Below, piece by piece: positions 61,897 to 64,000 of a DNA stretch of 64,000 nt. Both the position numbers and the translations under genes were made by a program. This DNA is from Chiloscyllium plagiosum (taxonomy: Eukaryota): positions 11,577,186 to 11,641,185 of the forward strand of contig NC_057718.1 of the NCBI RefSeq assembly GCF_004010195.1. The letters run 5' to 3'. Position 1 is the stretch's first letter. Each line of letters opens with the position of its first letter. The notes under the pieces are model-generated. The model saw only the letters and a program-made list of their open reading frames with translations, did no database searches and was not told the origin of the DNA.

Positions 61897-64000
61897 GGTG
61901 ATGGCAGAACAGCAATATCACTTGGCTAGTAAACCAAACGCTGGGGAACATGCATTCAAATCATACCACAATAGCTTGGTGAAAGTTAACTTCAATTAAG
62001 CTGGAATTATAGGCTAATCTCAGAAATGGTGACCACAAAACAATCATCAATTGTTGGGGGAAAAAACTCATCTGGTTCATTCATGCCATTTAGGGAAGGA
62101 AATCTGCCCTCCTTACCTGGTCTGGCCTACATGTGACACCCAGACCAACTGCCCTCTGAAATGTCTGAGCAAATCACTCAGGGAATCAGGGATGAAGACG
62201 TATTGTTGGGGCCCTGTCTACAACATATACCTTCTATGAAAGAACAATCAAAAAAATGGCCACTTTCCACAAGAACACAACTAACAGACACCCTATTCAT
62301 AAAAACAGCAATTGAACTTTATTTCACAAATTAATGAATATTATTCACACCATCCACTCTGTTCTTCAGTGCAGTGCCCAGTGACCACACAGGGCCTCAA
62401 GCAAAACAAAACCTGTGGCACTGTTAGCAGTTTTATTTTGGAAGGTGAATGAAGGTGAATTATTCTTCTTTTCACAGGAAATTTAAAGCTGGTAACATTT
62501 ACAGAAGTTCATACTTTGCCCCATTCATCAGATTATGATTCAAGAGAAAATACCAGCAATCCTAATATTAAGAGCACTCAGGTCAGGGCAGTGCACAGCA
62601 GCTATTATGTGGGATCAATGTGAAAAAATAAAGTCCCTTTCTTCTGCGAAGATTATGTGACTTGATCCCAGACACGATACCATTATCCACTTCTCCTTGT
62701 CTCGAAGAAAGTGACTGCTGATTCAGTTTTGTGCCACGGGCCCCTGTCATTTGGGAATGAGATGGAAACGAGCTTATTTCATAATGAAAGCCTTCTAGCA
62801 GCTGAAAGCAGATGCATTTTCCTCTGGCTCCTCATGCTCTGCTGCCAGATTAAGAAAACATCTCAAACATCGCAGAGTGCAAATTACTGACCTCAAGAAC
62901 CAAGATTTGTTTATAATTTATCCAGCGCCTTTCACGACCTGAGGACATCCCAAAATCCGTCGCAGCCAAATTGGCACTGTTTGAGATGGAGTCAACGTAG
63001 CAAGAAAGCGAATGTTGAAGCCAATTTGCACATGCGCAAATAGCAATATGACGATCGCAGTATGGTCACAGCAAACCCCCTTTCCAGGTGCTGCTTGAGG
63101 AAAGAATATCAACCAGGGCAACGGAGGGAACTAACTCAAAGGAAAATACTGTGGACGCTGGAAACCTGTATTTAAACCATAAAAGTCTAGGAATACTCAA
63201 CAAATCTGTCTGAGGAGAACAAAAACAGCTTAGATTATGGACATTGGCAAACAGTGTACTGGACTTTCTCAGTTTTGGGGAGACAGAGTTCAGGATGGCA
63301 AGGGATAGGAAAATAGGGAGCAGCCATGTTGGGAAGGCTAACTCACCTATTCCAATCTTTGGGATACTTACTCAGGGGTATTGGGAAGATGGTTTGGCTG
63401 CTTGCTCCAATTAAGACCCTACTTTGGTGGAAATGGGGTGTTGGCATCCCACTGCCTGGCTACACACTATTGCCTCTTGGGTATTTTATCCATGCGCAGG
63501 GGTTATGAAGAGTTCCTTACACCCATGGGCCAATTGAAACCCTCAACTATCCAATTTTAGGTAAGGAAATTTGCCATCTCCGCCTAGCCTGTTTCATGTG
63601 TGGCATTAGATGCACAGCAAAGTGTCAACCTTAACTACCACTGAAATAGTGTAAGAACCCACTCATGAATTGGGAACATCGGAGATAGCAGGATTAGGCC
63701 ACTTAGTCCATCAAGCATCTTCCCCTGTTTGGCTACAGCATGCTGACCTTCTACCTCGATTCTGTATTTCCTCACTCTCGCTGTATCCCTTCATATTCTT
63801 CATGTCTAGAAATCTATTGAACTCTGTCTTGAACACACTCAATGACCATTCATCCATAACCCTCTGATGCAAAGAATTTCGAACACTCAACATCGTCTGA
63901 GTGAAGAAATCTCATCTCTGACCTAAATGGCCTGGCCCTTATTCTACACATGTTCCTGGTCTTCCAGTGTTTGGATCCTTCCTGCCAAGACCTCAGCCAT

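Overview
Repeat-rich vertebrate genomic DNA, most likely from a shark. The evidence is the abundant HE1/V-SINE-type SINEs, HER1/CR1 LINEs and Penelope-derived elements. The only intact gene is the 5' end of a thrombospondin-2-like gene (THBS2) on the minus strand. It has a TATA promoter at ~13060, a non-coding exon 1, a signal-peptide exon 2, and exons 3-4 encoding the N-terminal laminin-G-like domain. No exon 5 was found, so 1-11192 appears to be intron 4. The rest (13.1-64 kb) is upstream intergenic DNA with CR1 fragments, SINEs, a solo LTR, a Tigger-like MITE and satellites. Notable items: (i) four families of short Penelope-type insertions carrying minimal hammerhead-ribozyme motifs, two of them next to an empty-site copy of their target; (ii) a decayed NACHT (NLR) coding relic inside intron 4; (iii) an array of 16 GGATTA (K50 homeodomain) sites just upstream of the promoter, plus an exact PBX-MEIS/PREP decamer beside the TATA box; (iv) a 33/30-bp minisatellite fused to a truncated CR1. 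Repeat-family names and protein comparisons come from recalled consensus sequences, not database searches.
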